64,000 nt of DNA, taken from Candidatus Woesearchaeota archaeon. GTDB lineage: Archaea > Nanobdellota > Nanobdellia > Woesearchaeales > GW2011-AR9. Position 1 is the first letter of the stretch. Every line of letters begins with the position of its first letter. The position numbers were made by a program, and so were the translations under genes. Location: positions 352,001 to 416,000 of the forward strand of contig JABHQW010000008.1 in the NCBI GenBank assembly GCA_018696595.1, given 5' to 3'. A model generated the notes under the pieces. That model was given only the letters and a program-made list of their open reading frames with translations. It was not told the DNA's origin and ran no database searches. Below are positions 1-10,440 of this stretch, one piece after another.

Positions 1-51
1 GTAGATCCAGTAGACCCTGTTGACCCTGTTGACCCAGTAGACCCAGTTGAT
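1..51 (+). repeat. 9-bp coding tandem repeat GTNGAYCCN (Val-Asp-Pro) x~6
   Basis: Seen directly; a further short copy lies at about 175-201. Confidence 0.85.
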
Positions 52-741
52 CCGGAAGATACTGATGCAGACGGTGTTTTAAACGCAGATGACAATTGTC
101 CTCTAGTTGCGAACGCTGAGCAAGTAGATACAGACGCAGATGGTTTAGGAGATGCTTGTGATAGTGCCGATGGTACAGATCCAGTTGATCCAGTTGATCC
201 AGATAAGACTTCAGAAGAATTGAAGTATGAAGAATACGATCAGGATTTTGAAAACATCGAAGATGACTACTTTTACTACAAGAAAAAGTATGAAAACGCT
301 GTAGATGATGACAATGAAAACAAGATTGAGAAATACGAAGACAAGTTAAAAGACCTTGATGAAGACCTTGAGAACTTAGAAGAAGACGTTGAAGATTTAA
401 TTGAGACTCTTGAAGATGAAGATGAACTTGATGAAAGTTTATTAGATGACTTAGATAAGTTAGATGAAGACATTGAAGATCTAAGAGAAAAAATCGACAA
501 GGTTCTTAATGGTGACAGTGACTCAGATGGTTACGGAACTTTAAGTACTTTTACTCCTTCAAACAGTGTTGTTGACGACAATGTAGTAATTGAACCATTA
601 AGCATTCAAGGTTTAACAACTGCAGATTCTGGAGTACAAACAGATGACTGGAGTCAAGTAAGATTCATTGCTTGGGTTATCGGCGGAATCGTAATCTTGT
701 TAGCTGTAGTGTTATTTTTGTTAGCACTATTGTTGAAGTAA
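1..741 (+). CDS. 5'-truncated cell-surface protein: (VDP)n repeats, TSP3-type Ca-binding repeat, acidic coiled coil, C-terminal TM anchor
   Basis: Frame 1 is open from base 1 (VDPVDP...[35 protein letters not shown]) into the ORF-track protein at 220; hydrophobic C-terminus followed by K. Confidence 0.85.
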   Translation, partial: VDPVDPVDPVDPVDPVDPEDTDADGVLNADDNCPLVANAEQVDTDADGLGDACDSADGTDPVDPVDPDKTSEELKYEEYDQDFENIEDDYFYYKKKYENAVDDDNENKIEKYEDKLKDLDEDLENLEEDVEDLIETLEDEDELDESLLDDLDKLDEDIEDLREKIDKVLNGDSDSDGYGTLSTFTPSNSVVDDNVVIEPLSIQGLTTADSGVQTDDWSQVRFIAWVIGGIVILLAVVLFLLALLLK

Positions 742-785
742 ATAAGAAAACTTTTTTCTTTTTTTAACTTTTTTTTCTAATTTTT

Positions 786-1025
786 TTAAAAGACGTCTTC
801 AATTGGTTTTTTTCCTTTAAGTTGTTTTGCAGCAGTCTTAGCTTGTTTTTGTAAGTCTACGCCTAAGTTCTTAAGTTCCTTAACATGCATTTGCATTAAC
901 TGTTCAACTATTTGTAGGATACGCATCATTTCTTCTCTTTCTTTAGCTAGAGTTGATAAGCTTCCTTTATGAAAACCAATTTGTTCATCATTAGATTCTT
1001 TTTTTGCCATGTTGCTCAATATCAT
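786..1025 (-). CDS. small hypothetical protein (probable start MAKKES)
   Basis: 79-aa ORF with helical, protein-like composition; divergent from secF. Confidence 0.7.
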   Translation of the reverse strand: MILSNMAKKESNDEQIGFHKGSLSTLAKEREEMMRILQIVEQLMQMHVKELKNLGVDLQKQAKTAAKQLKGKKPIEDVF

Positions 1026-1105
1026 TGTTCAGTTTATAATATTTTTGCTTTCAACTTCGCTAACATCAAAACCTTTAAATAATATCCACTAATTTAAAGC
1101 AAAAG

Positions 1106-1993
1106 ATGAAAAACAAGATCAAGAACATATATGAGAACAAGTACAAGATCTTACTAATCATTCCATTCTTATTATTAGTCTTAGCTTTAGTCCAAATTGG
1201 TTTACAAGCTACGATGACTGATAGTTTTGTGAATAAAGGTATCACCTTAAAGGGTGGATCTACAGTAACTATTGAGAATGAGTTTAATATTGATTCCGAA
1301 AATTTAGAATTATTCTTACAAGGAAAATTTGATAAAGCAGATATCGCAGTAAGAACAATTACTTCTGCAGGACAAGTTGTTGCAGTTGCAATAGATTCTG
1401 ATGCTCAAGAAACTGCAGAAATTGACAATGTAGTTAATGCAGTAAAAGAGAAATATCCCTCAATAACTAAAGCTGATTATAGTATTGAAGTTATGGGTGC
1501 TGCTTTAGGTAAGAGTTTCTTTAAACAAACATTTATTGCTTTAATCATTGCATTTATTCTAATGGGTTTCGTAGTTCTAGTTTACTTTAGAACTTTTGTT
1601 CCAAGTTTAGCAGTTATCTTGGCTGCATTATCTGACATCGTTGTTACATTAGCAATCTTTAATCTAACTGGTATGAAGTTAAGCACAGCAGGAATTGCGG
1701 CTTTCTTAATGTTGATTGGTTATTCTGTTGACACGGACATTCTGTTAAGTAGTAGATTACTAAAAAGAAAAGAAGGTAGTGTTATGGATCGAGTTTATGG
1801 AGCAATGAAAACTGGCTTTACTATGAGCACTACGACTTTAGTTGCTATTACTGTGGCTTTAATTTTTGTTCAAAGTGAAGTTGTTAAACAAATTATGATT
1901 ATCTTATTCATTGGTTTATTAGTGGACTTAGTTATGACTTGGATTCAGAACGTAGGGATCTTAAGGTTGTATTTAGAACGGAAGAAAAAATAA
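1106..1993 (+). CDS. secF: protein translocase subunit SecF
   Basis: GITLKGG N-terminal motif, multiple TMs, GYSVDTD motif, adjacent to secD. Confidence 0.92.
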   Translation: MKNKIKNIYENKYKILLIIPFLLLVLALVQIGLQATMTDSFVNKGITLKGGSTVTIENEFNIDSENLELFLQGKFDKADIAVRTITSAGQVVAVAIDSDAQETAEIDNVVNAVKEKYPSITKADYSIEVMGAALGKSFFKQTFIALIIAFILMGFVVLVYFRTFVPSLAVILAALSDIVVTLAIFNLTGMKLSTAGIAAFLMLIGYSVDTDILLSSRLLKRKEGSVMDRVYGAMKTGFTMSTTTLVAITVALIFVQSEVVKQIMIILFIGLLVDLVMTWIQNVGILRLYLERKKK

Positions 1994-1994
1994 A

Positions 1995-3578
1995 ATGAAG
2001 TACAAACTAAAAGGTATATTTACCAATTGGAGAGTAATTTTCCTAATCATTTTTCTAATCTTTTCAGTCTTTGCAATTAAGCCACAAATACTTGGCAATG
2101 AAGGAGTAGCAATTAAGAACATTGCCCAAAACTCTTCAGCAGAATTTGCAGGGTTGGAAAGTCCTTCATCCAACTTACCGCCGTTATCAAAAGAAAGAAT
2201 TTTAAGCATTAATGGTGAAACTGTAAAAAGTCCTGACAATTATTATGAAATAGTTTCTGCATTAAAAGAAGACAGAACTGTTATTGTTAAAACAAACAAA
2301 GGCAAGTATGATTTATTAACAAAAACTAATGAAGCAGGAGTTGTTGATTTGGGAATGACTGTTTTTGAAATTCCTTCCTCTAATCTGAAGAAAGGTTTAG
2401 ATTTAGAAGGTGGAACTAGAGTTTTATTAAAACCTGAAGGGGAAGTTTCTGAAGAAGATTTAGAAACAACTCTTGACAATTTAAAAGAAAGATTAAACGC
2501 TTATGGGTTGAGTGATGTTGTTATTAGAACAGTTTCTGATTTGGAAGGAGACGATTATATTTTAATTGAAATTGCTGGTGGTAACGAAGGAGATGTTGAA
2601 CAGCTTAAAGAACAAGGAAAATTTGAGGCTAAGATCGGTAACAGTACTGTTTTCTTTGGTGGTAAGAAAGATATAACCTATGTTTGTAAAAGTACTGACT
2701 GTTCTGGAATTGATCCCAGAGTGGGTTGTTATGAAGTTACTGAAGGTTATGCTTGTGGTTTTTATTTTGGAATTACTTTAACTGAAGAAGCAGCTGAAAG
2801 GCAGGCTAAAGCAACAGATCTGTTAACTGTTTTAACTGGTGAAAGTGGTGGCACTTACCTAAGTGATGATATTGTTCTTTACTTAGATGATAATGAAGTT
2901 GATCGGTTAAGAATTGGTGCTGATCTTAAAGGAAAAGCTACAACCAATATCCAAATCTCTGGTTCTGGTTCTGGTCCTACTGAAATTGATGCATTAAATA
3001 ATGCTTTAGATAACATGAAGCGGTTACAAACAATTATTATTACTGGGAGTCTTCCTGTAAAATTAAACATTGTTAAGATGGATAACATTTCTCCATCTTT
3101 AGGGAAAGAATTTCTGAACAACATTATTTTTGTTGGATTATTAGCAATCCTGGCAGTTGTTACTGTTGTTCTAATCAGATACAGAAAAATAAAAGTTGTT
3201 ATCCCAATGGTTCTGACTATGGTTTCTGAGATTGTATTGATTCTCGGATTTGCTGCCCTTGTTGGATGGAACTTAGATTTGGCAGCGATTGCTGGTATTA
3301 TTATTGTTGCTGGTACGGGGGTCGATCATTTGATTGTTATTACAGATGAAACTCTTAAGGGAGAAGTAATCTCAGATTGGAAAAAGAGAATTAAAAATGC
3401 AATGTTTATTGTTGTTGGTGCTTATTTAACAACCTGTGCTGGTATGTTGCCGTTATGGTTTGCAGGCGCAGGATTATTGAAAGGTTTTGCTTTTACTACA
3501 ATTATTGGGATCTCTTTTGGGGTTCTAATTGCTAGACCTGCTTATGCAACAATGATTGAACATTTATTGAAAGATTAA
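1995..3578 (+). CDS. secD: protein translocase subunit SecD with PDZ-like N-terminal insert
   Basis: GLDLEGG motif, ISPSLG, DLAAIAGII, GTGVD, KGFAFTT. Confidence 0.92.
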   Translation: MKYKLKGIFTNWRVIFLIIFLIFSVFAIKPQILGNEGVAIKNIAQNSSAEFAGLESPSSNLPPLSKERILSINGETVKSPDNYYEIVSALKEDRTVIVKTNKGKYDLLTKTNEAGVVDLGMTVFEIPSSNLKKGLDLEGGTRVLLKPEGEVSEEDLETTLDNLKERLNAYGLSDVVIRTVSDLEGDDYILIEIAGGNEGDVEQLKEQGKFEAKIGNSTVFFGGKKDITYVCKSTDCSGIDPRVGCYEVTEGYACGFYFGITLTEEAAERQAKATDLLTVLTGESGGTYLSDDIVLYLDDNEVDRLRIGADLKGKATTNIQISGSGSGPTEIDALNNALDNMKRLQTIIITGSLPVKLNIVKMDNISPSLGKEFLNNIIFVGLLAILAVVTVVLIRYRKIKVVIPMVLTMVSEIVLILGFAALVGWNLDLAAIAGIIIVAGTGVDHLIVITDETLKGEVISDWKKRIKNAMFIVVGAYLTTCAGMLPLWFAGAGLLKGFAFTTIIGISFGVLIARPAYATMIEHLLKD

Positions 3579-3634
3579 ATTCTTAATACTTATTTCATCA
3601 ATTTTATAAATGGACAATTTCTCAAGAGTTTAAG

Positions 3635-4033
3635 ATGAATAAAGGAACTTCCACGATAGCAATCGTTTTAATGGTACTCTGTACTATTTTCACATCTGCT
3701 GGACAAATTCTTTGGAAATTAGGAGTTATGAATGTAAACCTTGATAATCTAATTACTCTTTTTAATTTACCATTTATTTTGGGATTTGTTTCTTATGGGT
3801 TCGGATTTGTTCTAATGTTACTAGCTTTCAGATATGGGGAACTGAGCATCTTATATCCAATTGTGGCAACGAGTTATGTGTGGGTCAGTTTAATCTCCCC
3901 TTGGTTGTTCCCCGGCGATTTTATGAATATTTGGAAGTGGGTTGGAGTGACAGTAATTCTGGTTTCCGTTAGTTTGTTAGGGATCAGAGAAAAACCAAAA
4001 AGAAAAGTTTGTCGAGGTGTTAATTGTGGTTAA
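3635..4033 (+). CDS. EamA/DMT-family small transporter subunit
   Basis: 4 TMs, GELSILYP motif. Confidence 0.8.
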   Translation: MNKGTSTIAIVLMVLCTIFTSAGQILWKLGVMNVNLDNLITLFNLPFILGFVSYGFGFVLMLLAFRYGELSILYPIVATSYVWVSLISPWLFPGDFMNIWKWVGVTVILVSVSLLGIREKPKRKVCRGVNCG

Positions 4034-4367
4034 TTACTTAGCAATCCTCTTAATTCTTGTTGGCTCTTTTATTGGTGCAGTTGGAACTTCAGTAATTAAG
4101 AAAGGAACTAATAAAACCGCTTTCTTCAAATTAATATTTAGTTTTGACATTTGGGTTGGTCTATCTCTTTATGCTTTATCGTTGGTTTTTTACATGGTGG
4201 CGTTAAGACAAGAACATCTTAGTGTCTTATATCCTTTAGTTTCTACTGCTTACATCTGGACAACTTTGTTTGCTGTCAAGTATCTTGGAGAGAAAATGAA
4301 TAAGTTCAAGTGGATGGCTTTGATAGGGATTGTTATTGGGATTATTCTTATTGGTCTTGGTAGTTAA
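4017..4367 (+). CDS. EamA/DMT-family small transporter subunit (paralog)
   Basis: 4 TMs, LSVLYPLVS and LGEK motifs; overlaps the paralog. Confidence 0.8.
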   Translation: MLIVVNYLAILLILVGSFIGAVGTSVIKKGTNKTAFFKLIFSFDIWVGLSLYALSLVFYMVALRQEHLSVLYPLVSTAYIWTTLFAVKYLGEKMNKFKWMALIGIVIGIILIGLGS

Positions 4368-4469
4368 TTTAAGGGGATTATTTAGTTTAACGATGTTAAG
4401 TTTCTTTTCTGTAAGAAAAAATTGCAAAGTAAAATTGAGTGATATTATAACGAAAGAAAATTCAGGCCA

Positions 4470-4763
4470 TTAGCCAATGAGGATATTAATAATAACTAAT
4501 GTAGATATAATCAAAAATACAACAAAAACGGAAACTATAATTGATTTAAGATCGGCGTTAAATTCAGTAAATTTATTTTTATAACGTGCATAATAAGAAA
4601 AAAATAGTAACCCTCCAAATACTCCAATTAAAGTAGATCCCCCATATAGAAACCCCTTATGGTTATTAATAAAAGAATATATGAAAATCCCAATTCCCAT
4701 CACAATTAATACATAACAAGAAATTATGTCATAAACATCTCCAAATAGTTTTGGCTTTTCCAT
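4470..4763 (-). CDS. hypothetical membrane protein (3 TM)
   Basis: 97-aa hydrophobic ORF. Confidence 0.55.
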   Translation of the reverse strand: MEKPKLFGDVYDIISCYVLIVMGIGIFIYSFINNHKGFLYGGSTLIGVFGGLLFFSYYARYKNKFTEFNADLKSIIVSVFVVFLIISTLVIINILIG

Positions 4764-4870
4764 ATAGGTATTATATGTTATGTTTATTAATAAATCTTTT
4801 GACTATTGGGGTCAGAATCTTTCAAGTAATATTCAATGTGAAGAAATTTAAACTTAGTAACTATTTTCAA

Positions 4871-5362
4871 CTACCGTTTAAGAACCAACTTATCAAAAAC
4901 ATAAGGTAGAATAAAAGCCACTGCAAATACTACCGCAATCAACCATGGATTATGTTCAACGTTATCAACATTTAAGTCTCTAATAAATCTGTTAGAAACT
5001 AGAACCATTGTAATCATATTTGCAAGTGTAAGTATAGGTATGATGATCGCAGCAAGAACATGATGTCTTCTCTGTAAATGGCCAATGTCATTAACTAAGA
5101 AATTATATAAGAAACCAACAGTTCCTGCCAACAAGACAATCGTAGTAAACAGAATCCATTTGTTTAAAACAATTAAGAAAGGAATTAATACTAATGAAAC
5201 AATAAGATTGGCAAAGATAATTACTATTAATGCACTCCAAAAAACTATTTTTGAAAAATGAGTATCATATGCTTTTTCTTTGTCTAAAATATTTTCTGTA
5301 TCTCTAATCTCTTTTTCGGTCCAACCTTTCTCTTGCAACTCTTTTTTTTTAATTACTTTCAT
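4871..5362 (-). CDS. hypothetical membrane protein (4 TM)
   Basis: 163-aa ORF coupled to the MinD-like gene by a 4-nt overlap. Confidence 0.75.
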   Translation of the reverse strand: MKVIKKKELQEKGWTEKEIRDTENILDKEKAYDTHFSKIVFWSALIVIIFANLIVSLVLIPFLIVLNKWILFTTIVLLAGTVGFLYNFLVNDIGHLQRRHHVLAAIIIPILTLANMITMVLVSNRFIRDLNVDNVEHNPWLIAVVFAVAFILPYVFDKLVLKR

Positions 5363-6081
5363 GGTTTTAATTTTGAATGGAAGTCAATGAATTCTGCAAT
5401 TTTTCTAAATTCTTTTCCAGATCTTGATTTTGGGTAAAGGTAAGTCAAAGGAGCTTGTTTATGTAACGACTTTCTCATTTTACGATCATGTTTGATGTTA
5501 GCAATAATCGGGTGACCTAAAATATTGGCTACTTCTTCTGCTTTCATTTCATTTCTACCATTATTGCTCATGTTCAAGACAACCCCAGAAATAATATTAT
5601 CATTTGCTTTAGCTAATTGAATCGTTTTAAGTGCATCCATCACTGAACTTAAGTTAGGATTAACAACAATTAAAACTTCATCACTATTTTTTAACACTTG
5701 ATTCACTTCATAACCTAGGCCAGATGGTGCATCAATTAAGACAAAATCTGCGTGGTCATCTAAATGTTCAAATACTTCGGTTAACTTTTGAGGATTAGTT
5801 TTTTGATATTCTGCATATGATGGTGAAGAAGGAATTAATGAAACTCCACTTTCATGTAAATGGGTTACTTCCTGAATGCTTTTTTCTTTTCTTAGAAATT
5901 GGTTTAATGTTCCTTTTGGATCTAGAATTCCTAATTGTAATGATAAATTAGGAGTTACTAAATTTGCATCTAATAAAAGAACTTTTCTCCCTAATTGGTT
6001 TAGTGCAAAACCTAAATTAAGAGTACTTGTAGTTTTACCCACTCCTCCTTTTCCTGAGACTAAAGCAATAAATCTTGTCAT
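5359..6081 (-). CDS. minD: MinD/ParA-family ATPase
   Basis: Deviant Walker A SGKGGVGKTT, LLDAN, LIDAPSG, VVLN. Confidence 0.85.
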   Translation of the reverse strand: MTRFIALVSGKGGVGKTTSTLNLGFALNQLGRKVLLLDANLVTPNLSLQLGILDPKGTLNQFLRKEKSIQEVTHLHESGVSLIPSSPSYAEYQKTNPQKLTEVFEHLDDHADFVLIDAPSGLGYEVNQVLKNSDEVLIVVNPNLSSVMDALKTIQLAKANDNIISGVVLNMSNNGRNEMKAEEVANILGHPIIANIKHDRKMRKSLHKQAPLTYLYPKSRSGKEFRKIAEFIDFHSKLKP

Positions 6082-6166
6082 TGGACCATACCTCTCTTTA
6101 ATATCTTATTAAAATAGTTTAGAGTATTTAATGTTTTCTCTATCCTAACTGGTATAATCTAGAATC

Positions 6167-6673
6167 TTAATCTTCTTCTTCTTTTTTACCATTAACTAAT
6201 TCCCAAGAATAATTAAAGAAGTTATGGACAAATTTTTCACAATTAGTCAAATTATCAATATTTACTTCTCCTGTGGAATTCTTTAATCTAACAATTAAGG
6301 TAACATGTCTACGATATTCTCTTCTTCTTTCGTAGGGTAGTTTTAAAACGGTTTTCAAGAAGGAGTAAAATGAGAGGTATTTTTGCATTTTGGCATCATC
6401 ATTGTAAATCTCTGCCAATCTTGTCGATCGCAAGGCCGGACTTTTTGGCAAAGCAGCAATCTTTTTTTCATCTTTAGCTTTAATTAACAATGCTTCTATA
6501 ATCAGATTATAAATGTCAAGCAATCTACTCACAGCATTAATTATCACATCAACTGTTCTAGTATATTTTAAGCTTACGTAGATAATATGTTCAAGCCGCT
6601 TGAGTTCTTCTCTTGCTTCTAAAAGGTATTCATTTATATGTTCCATATGTTTCGGGAATACTTGGAAAGACAT
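6167..6673 (-). CDS. hypothetical helical protein (possibly HEPN-like)
   Basis: 168-aa ORF downstream of infB; the fold suggestion is inference only. Confidence 0.65.
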   Translation of the reverse strand: MSFQVFPKHMEHINEYLLEAREELKRLEHIIYVSLKYTRTVDVIINAVSRLLDIYNLIIEALLIKAKDEKKIAALPKSPALRSTRLAEIYNDDAKMQKYLSFYSFLKTVLKLPYERRREYRRHVTLIVRLKNSTGEVNIDNLTNCEKFVHNFFNYSWELVNGKKEEED

Positions 6674-6710
6674 ACTTCTTTTTATGCTTTTCTGTTTGGG
6701 CTGATATAAA

Positions 6711-8495
6711 TTAGCCTACACCCCAAACTGGGTTGTCTTTTCTTTTAATCTCAGCAACTTCTTTAAGAACTTCAATTTCCATTTTAGATAGATGTTTTTT
6801 CAATTCTTTCAACTTTTTGAAATCATTTTCTGGAATGTCCGTATAAAGAAAGTCACCTTCTTCAACTTGTCTACCTAAAGTGACACCATCCATGGACATG
6901 GCCATTTGTTTACCTTGTTGGGCTAAAGAAATATTATCTTTACCTTCTTGCATACTTTTAGCAGAAGTTATTTGCTTTCCTTGCATATTCATAATTGGGT
7001 CGCCAGTTTTAATCTGGCCAATTTCAATCTCTACTCCCACAATTGCAGGATTACTTTGTCTAAATGTGTAACCCTTCAATACTGCAAATTTACATGGTCT
7101 AACTAATTTTGCAAGATTTTCGACTTCAATTGTTCTTTTTAATTTCTCCCGATATTCTTCATATTCTTCGATAGTTCGATAAATTACATTGTGATTAATA
7201 ATTTTCAACTTCTTGGCTTTAGCTAATTCTTCAATCTCTTCCGGGACTTTAATATTAAATCCCAGGATCACTGCGCTAAATTGGTCTTTTTCTTGTAAAG
7301 ATTCAAGTTTAGAAAGATCTTTTTTGCTTATATCTCCTAACGAAGCAGACGATACAGGTATTTCTTTTTCTTGCAATAAGTTTCTTAATGCTTCTAGCCC
7401 TCCGATAGTATCTGCTTTAACAATTACCCCAACGCATTCATCACATTCTACCATGATTTCGCCAACTTCTTCTTGTACTTCTTGTTTTAATGCTTCAACT
7501 TCTTCTTTAGATGAACAACTTCTGATTGGCATTCCTGAGATGGCCCCATCTAAGCCCGGAGCAGAAATTTTTACACCAGTTGCAGCTGCAACTTCTTTAA
7601 CATTTTTGAATTTACTTTTCTTTTCTCTCATTTCGGCAAGTTCTGCTGGTTCTAATAATGCACGAACTTTAACAACGATTGGCTGGTCTATTCCACCAAT
7701 TACTAATTGATCATTAACTTTTAATTGGCCGTTGTAAATAATTGCATCTAAGGTTGTTCCTAATCCTTTTTCTTCTTTAACTTCTAAGATCGTGCCTTTA
7801 CAATTTCCTGTTTCTTCAATTTCTAATTTTTTCTCTAAGAACTTTTGTGCGAGTCCGGTAAGGACCATTAAAATTTCCGGAATTCCTTGGCCAGTTTCTG
7901 CAGAGACAGGAACAATAGCAATTTGTTTAGTATAATCTTCCACTCGATCAAACCGTTCTGATTGTAAACCCAGTTCAGAGAATTTTCCAACCAGTTCATA
8001 CATTTTTTTCTCAAAATCTCCTTGGATGTTCGAGTTAAGAGCTTGAATATTTTGTAATAATAATTTGTTTTTGTCATATTGCCAACCGTGAATCAGATCA
8101 ACTTTATTTGCAGCAACAATGAACGGAACTTTGTTGGCTTTAAGAATTTCAATAGATTCAATTGTTTGCGGTTTAAACCCTTCGTTAATATCTACAATTA
8201 ATATGGCGATGTCTGCTAAACTTCCGCCTCTTTTTCTTAAACTGGTGAAGGCAGCGTGACCTGGTGTATCAATAGCTAACAAACCAGGAACCGTAAGATT
8301 TCCTTTCATAGCATCTAATAATGTTCCACAAATCTTTTGAATAGTTTCGATAGGAATAATTGAAACACCAATTGCTTGAGTGATTCCTCCTGCTTCTCCT
8401 CTGATAACTGCAGTTTGTCTAATTTTATCTAGTAAAGATGTTTTTCCATGATCTACGTGTCCGACTACTGTTAATAATACCTTTCTAGTTGCCAT
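6711..8495 (-). CDS. infB: translation initiation factor aIF5B (IF-2)
   Basis: GHVDHGKT, GGITQAIG, DTPGH, NKVD; archaeal length. Confidence 0.97.
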   Translation of the reverse strand: MATRKVLLTVVGHVDHGKTSLLDKIRQTAVIRGEAGGITQAIGVSIIPIETIQKICGTLLDAMKGNLTVPGLLAIDTPGHAAFTSLRKRGGSLADIAILIVDINEGFKPQTIESIEILKANKVPFIVAANKVDLIHGWQYDKNKLLLQNIQALNSNIQGDFEKKMYELVGKFSELGLQSERFDRVEDYTKQIAIVPVSAETGQGIPEILMVLTGLAQKFLEKKLEIEETGNCKGTILEVKEEKGLGTTLDAIIYNGQLKVNDQLVIGGIDQPIVVKVRALLEPAELAEMREKKSKFKNVKEVAAATGVKISAPGLDGAISGMPIRSCSSKEEVEALKQEVQEEVGEIMVECDECVGVIVKADTIGGLEALRNLLQEKEIPVSSASLGDISKKDLSKLESLQEKDQFSAVILGFNIKVPEEIEELAKAKKLKIINHNVIYRTIEEYEEYREKLKRTIEVENLAKLVRPCKFAVLKGYTFRQSNPAIVGVEIEIGQIKTGDPIMNMQGKQITSAKSMQEGKDNISLAQQGKQMAMSMDGVTLGRQVEEGDFLYTDIPENDFKKLKELKKHLSKMEIEVLKEVAEIKRKDNPVWGVG

Positions 8496-8548
8496 GTATA
8501 TAGAATTAGTCGAATATTTTTTAAAGGTTTCTTATATTATTTCTTTAT

Positions 8549-9670
8549 ATGAAACTAATCACAGAACAAACAACGAAAATCAAAGCGACTCTCCCAACAA
8601 GAGATGCTACTAAGAAACAAGAAGTATTCTATAATCCGTTGATGAAGTCTAATCGAAACCTCTCGATTGTGTTACTTAATTCTATTTCAAATAAAGAGAT
8701 GGGTTTAGCTTTACCTCTGGCTGGTTCAGGAATCCGGGGATTAAGATTTCTTAAAGAACTTAAGAAAGGAAAACTGAATCACCTTTATCTTAATGATAGA
8801 AAAGAAACTTTTGAGAAAACTATTAAAGAAAATTTAAAATTAAACTCTCTAAAAACAAATAAAATAAACATCTCCACACAAGATGCTGAACAGTTTCTAT
8901 TAAGTCAACATTGTGACGAATCATGTGGATACATGGATTACATTGATATTGATCCATTCGGAACTCCTAATCCTTTCATTAGCGTTGCAGTAAACAAAAT
9001 CAAACGTAATGGGATTTTAGCGATAACAGCAACAGACACTGCCGCTTTAACCGGAACATATCCCAAAGTTACTAAAAGAAAATATTGGGCGAGATCTTTA
9101 CGTAATTATATGATGCACGAGATTGGATTAAGAATTCTAATTAGAAAAGTACAGTTACAAGGAATTCAGTTTGATAAAGCAATGGTTCCAATTCTAGCTT
9201 ATCATAAAGATCATTATTTTCGAATATACTTTAGAAGTGAGAAAGGCAAAGAGAAATGTGACGAATTAATCAAACACCATCAATACTTATTGTTTTGTCC
9301 GCAGTGCCTAAATCATAAGGCATCTAATTATAATCTAGGGAAATGTGAATGCGTATCTAATTTTGATCGTGCTGGTCCTCTTTGGACTGGAAAGTTGTTT
9401 GATTCAAAGTTAATTGCCAAAATGGCTAAGAATAATCCTTTTCCAGAAGAACAAAAGTTTCTCGACTTGTTAAAAGGAGAATCCAAGAAAGATATGGTTG
9501 GCTTTTATGATTTACATGTGATTGGCAAGAAGTACAAGTTAGAGCCAAAGAAGATGGATTTAATGTTAAAGAAACTTAAGGGAGTTAGAACACACTTTTC
9601 TAAGAATGGCGTTAAGACTGATAAAGGGATTAAAGAAATAATTAGAAAAATAAAAGAAAATAAAAAATAA
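8549..9670 (+). CDS. trm1: tRNA (guanine26-N2)-dimethyltransferase Trm1
   Basis: VFYNP..NR, GSGIRGLR, DIDPFGTP, TATD, GPLWTG. Confidence 0.93.
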   Translation: MKLITEQTTKIKATLPTRDATKKQEVFYNPLMKSNRNLSIVLLNSISNKEMGLALPLAGSGIRGLRFLKELKKGKLNHLYLNDRKETFEKTIKENLKLNSLKTNKINISTQDAEQFLLSQHCDESCGYMDYIDIDPFGTPNPFISVAVNKIKRNGILAITATDTAALTGTYPKVTKRKYWARSLRNYMMHEIGLRILIRKVQLQGIQFDKAMVPILAYHKDHYFRIYFRSEKGKEKCDELIKHHQYLLFCPQCLNHKASNYNLGKCECVSNFDRAGPLWTGKLFDSKLIAKMAKNNPFPEEQKFLDLLKGESKKDMVGFYDLHVIGKKYKLEPKKMDLMLKKLKGVRTHFSKNGVKTDKGIKEIIRKIKENKK

Positions 9671-9673
9671 ACT

Positions 9674-9925
9674 TCACATGAAATGTTTTCTCATGTACGG
9701 ACATGCGAAGAAACTCACATTAATTAACACTACCATTATTGCTGATGCTAACCATAAATTTACCTCTGCTTGCATTATATACAATACATAATAGAAGAAG
9801 AAATATAATCCCGCTTCAGATACAATTGTCCAGAACCAACATGAACTGCTACAACATCCACTAGAACATGTTTTACCAACAGCTTTTGGTGCTGCTTTTT
9901 TTATCACTCTTTTTTTCTTTTCCAT
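9674..9925 (-). CDS. small Cys-rich membrane protein
   Basis: 83 aa, CSSGCCSSSC followed by 2 TMs; AGGTGA SD upstream. Confidence 0.65.
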   Translation of the reverse strand: MEKKKRVIKKAAPKAVGKTCSSGCCSSSCWFWTIVSEAGLYFFFYYVLYIMQAEVNLWLASAIMVVLINVSFFACPYMRKHFM

Positions 9926-9983
9926 GAATTATCACCTATACTTAAGAAATCTTTAAAGTTTAAAATATTTTCTAAAATTTTGA

Positions 9984-10361
9984 TTAAACCTCTTTTGTTT
10001 CCATGTTTAGTTCAGCCGCATATTCTTCAATTAATTTTTTAGTTTCAGCAACTAATTCTTTACTAATGAATTTTGGATCATGACTTACCTTTACTAGAAC
10101 TTCTTTTATATCTTTGGGATTATTAAGACCAATAAAAATTCTGGCTGTTGCAAAACTATACCAGTGCTTTTTTGGTGGGATGTACATCACACCTACACGA
10201 CGTTCTGTTTCAAGGTGCCCATATATCTCTAACTCTCCTTCCTGAAATTTTAATGAAACTTTTTCTGCAACTTTCTTTACTAAAAGAATCATTTTATATC
10301 GTAAATCTTCTTTAGGGAATTTCACTTCACCTATTAAATCAACTACTTTTGCTTTTCCCAT
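9984..10361 (-). CDS. hypothetical protein
   Basis: 125-aa ORF with SD-like sequence upstream. Confidence 0.65.
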   Translation of the reverse strand: MGKAKVVDLIGEVKFPKEDLRYKMILLVKKVAEKVSLKFQEGELEIYGHLETERRVGVMYIPPKKHWYSFATARIFIGLNNPKDIKEVLVKVSHDPKFISKELVAETKKLIEEYAAELNMETKEV

Positions 10362-10440
10362 TTTTCCACCTTTTTTATTTTATATACTTAACACTAACAA
10401 TTAGTTATTTTTGGATAAAAAGAATAAGAATATAAAAATT

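Noticed and set aside
276-500. Antisense ORFs in the track (e.g. 276-500, 1973-2239, 7213-7710, 17372-17674, 48952-49317, 61241-61525)
   Set aside because: Ser/Phe-rich shadows of real genes on the opposite strand, with no motifs or start signals
4236-4469. In-frame continuation past the TAA of the 4470-4763 membrane ORF (WPEFSFVIISLNF...)
   Set aside because: Could be a decayed longer gene, but open stretches are common in AT-rich sequence and it runs antisense into the EamA gene; insufficient support
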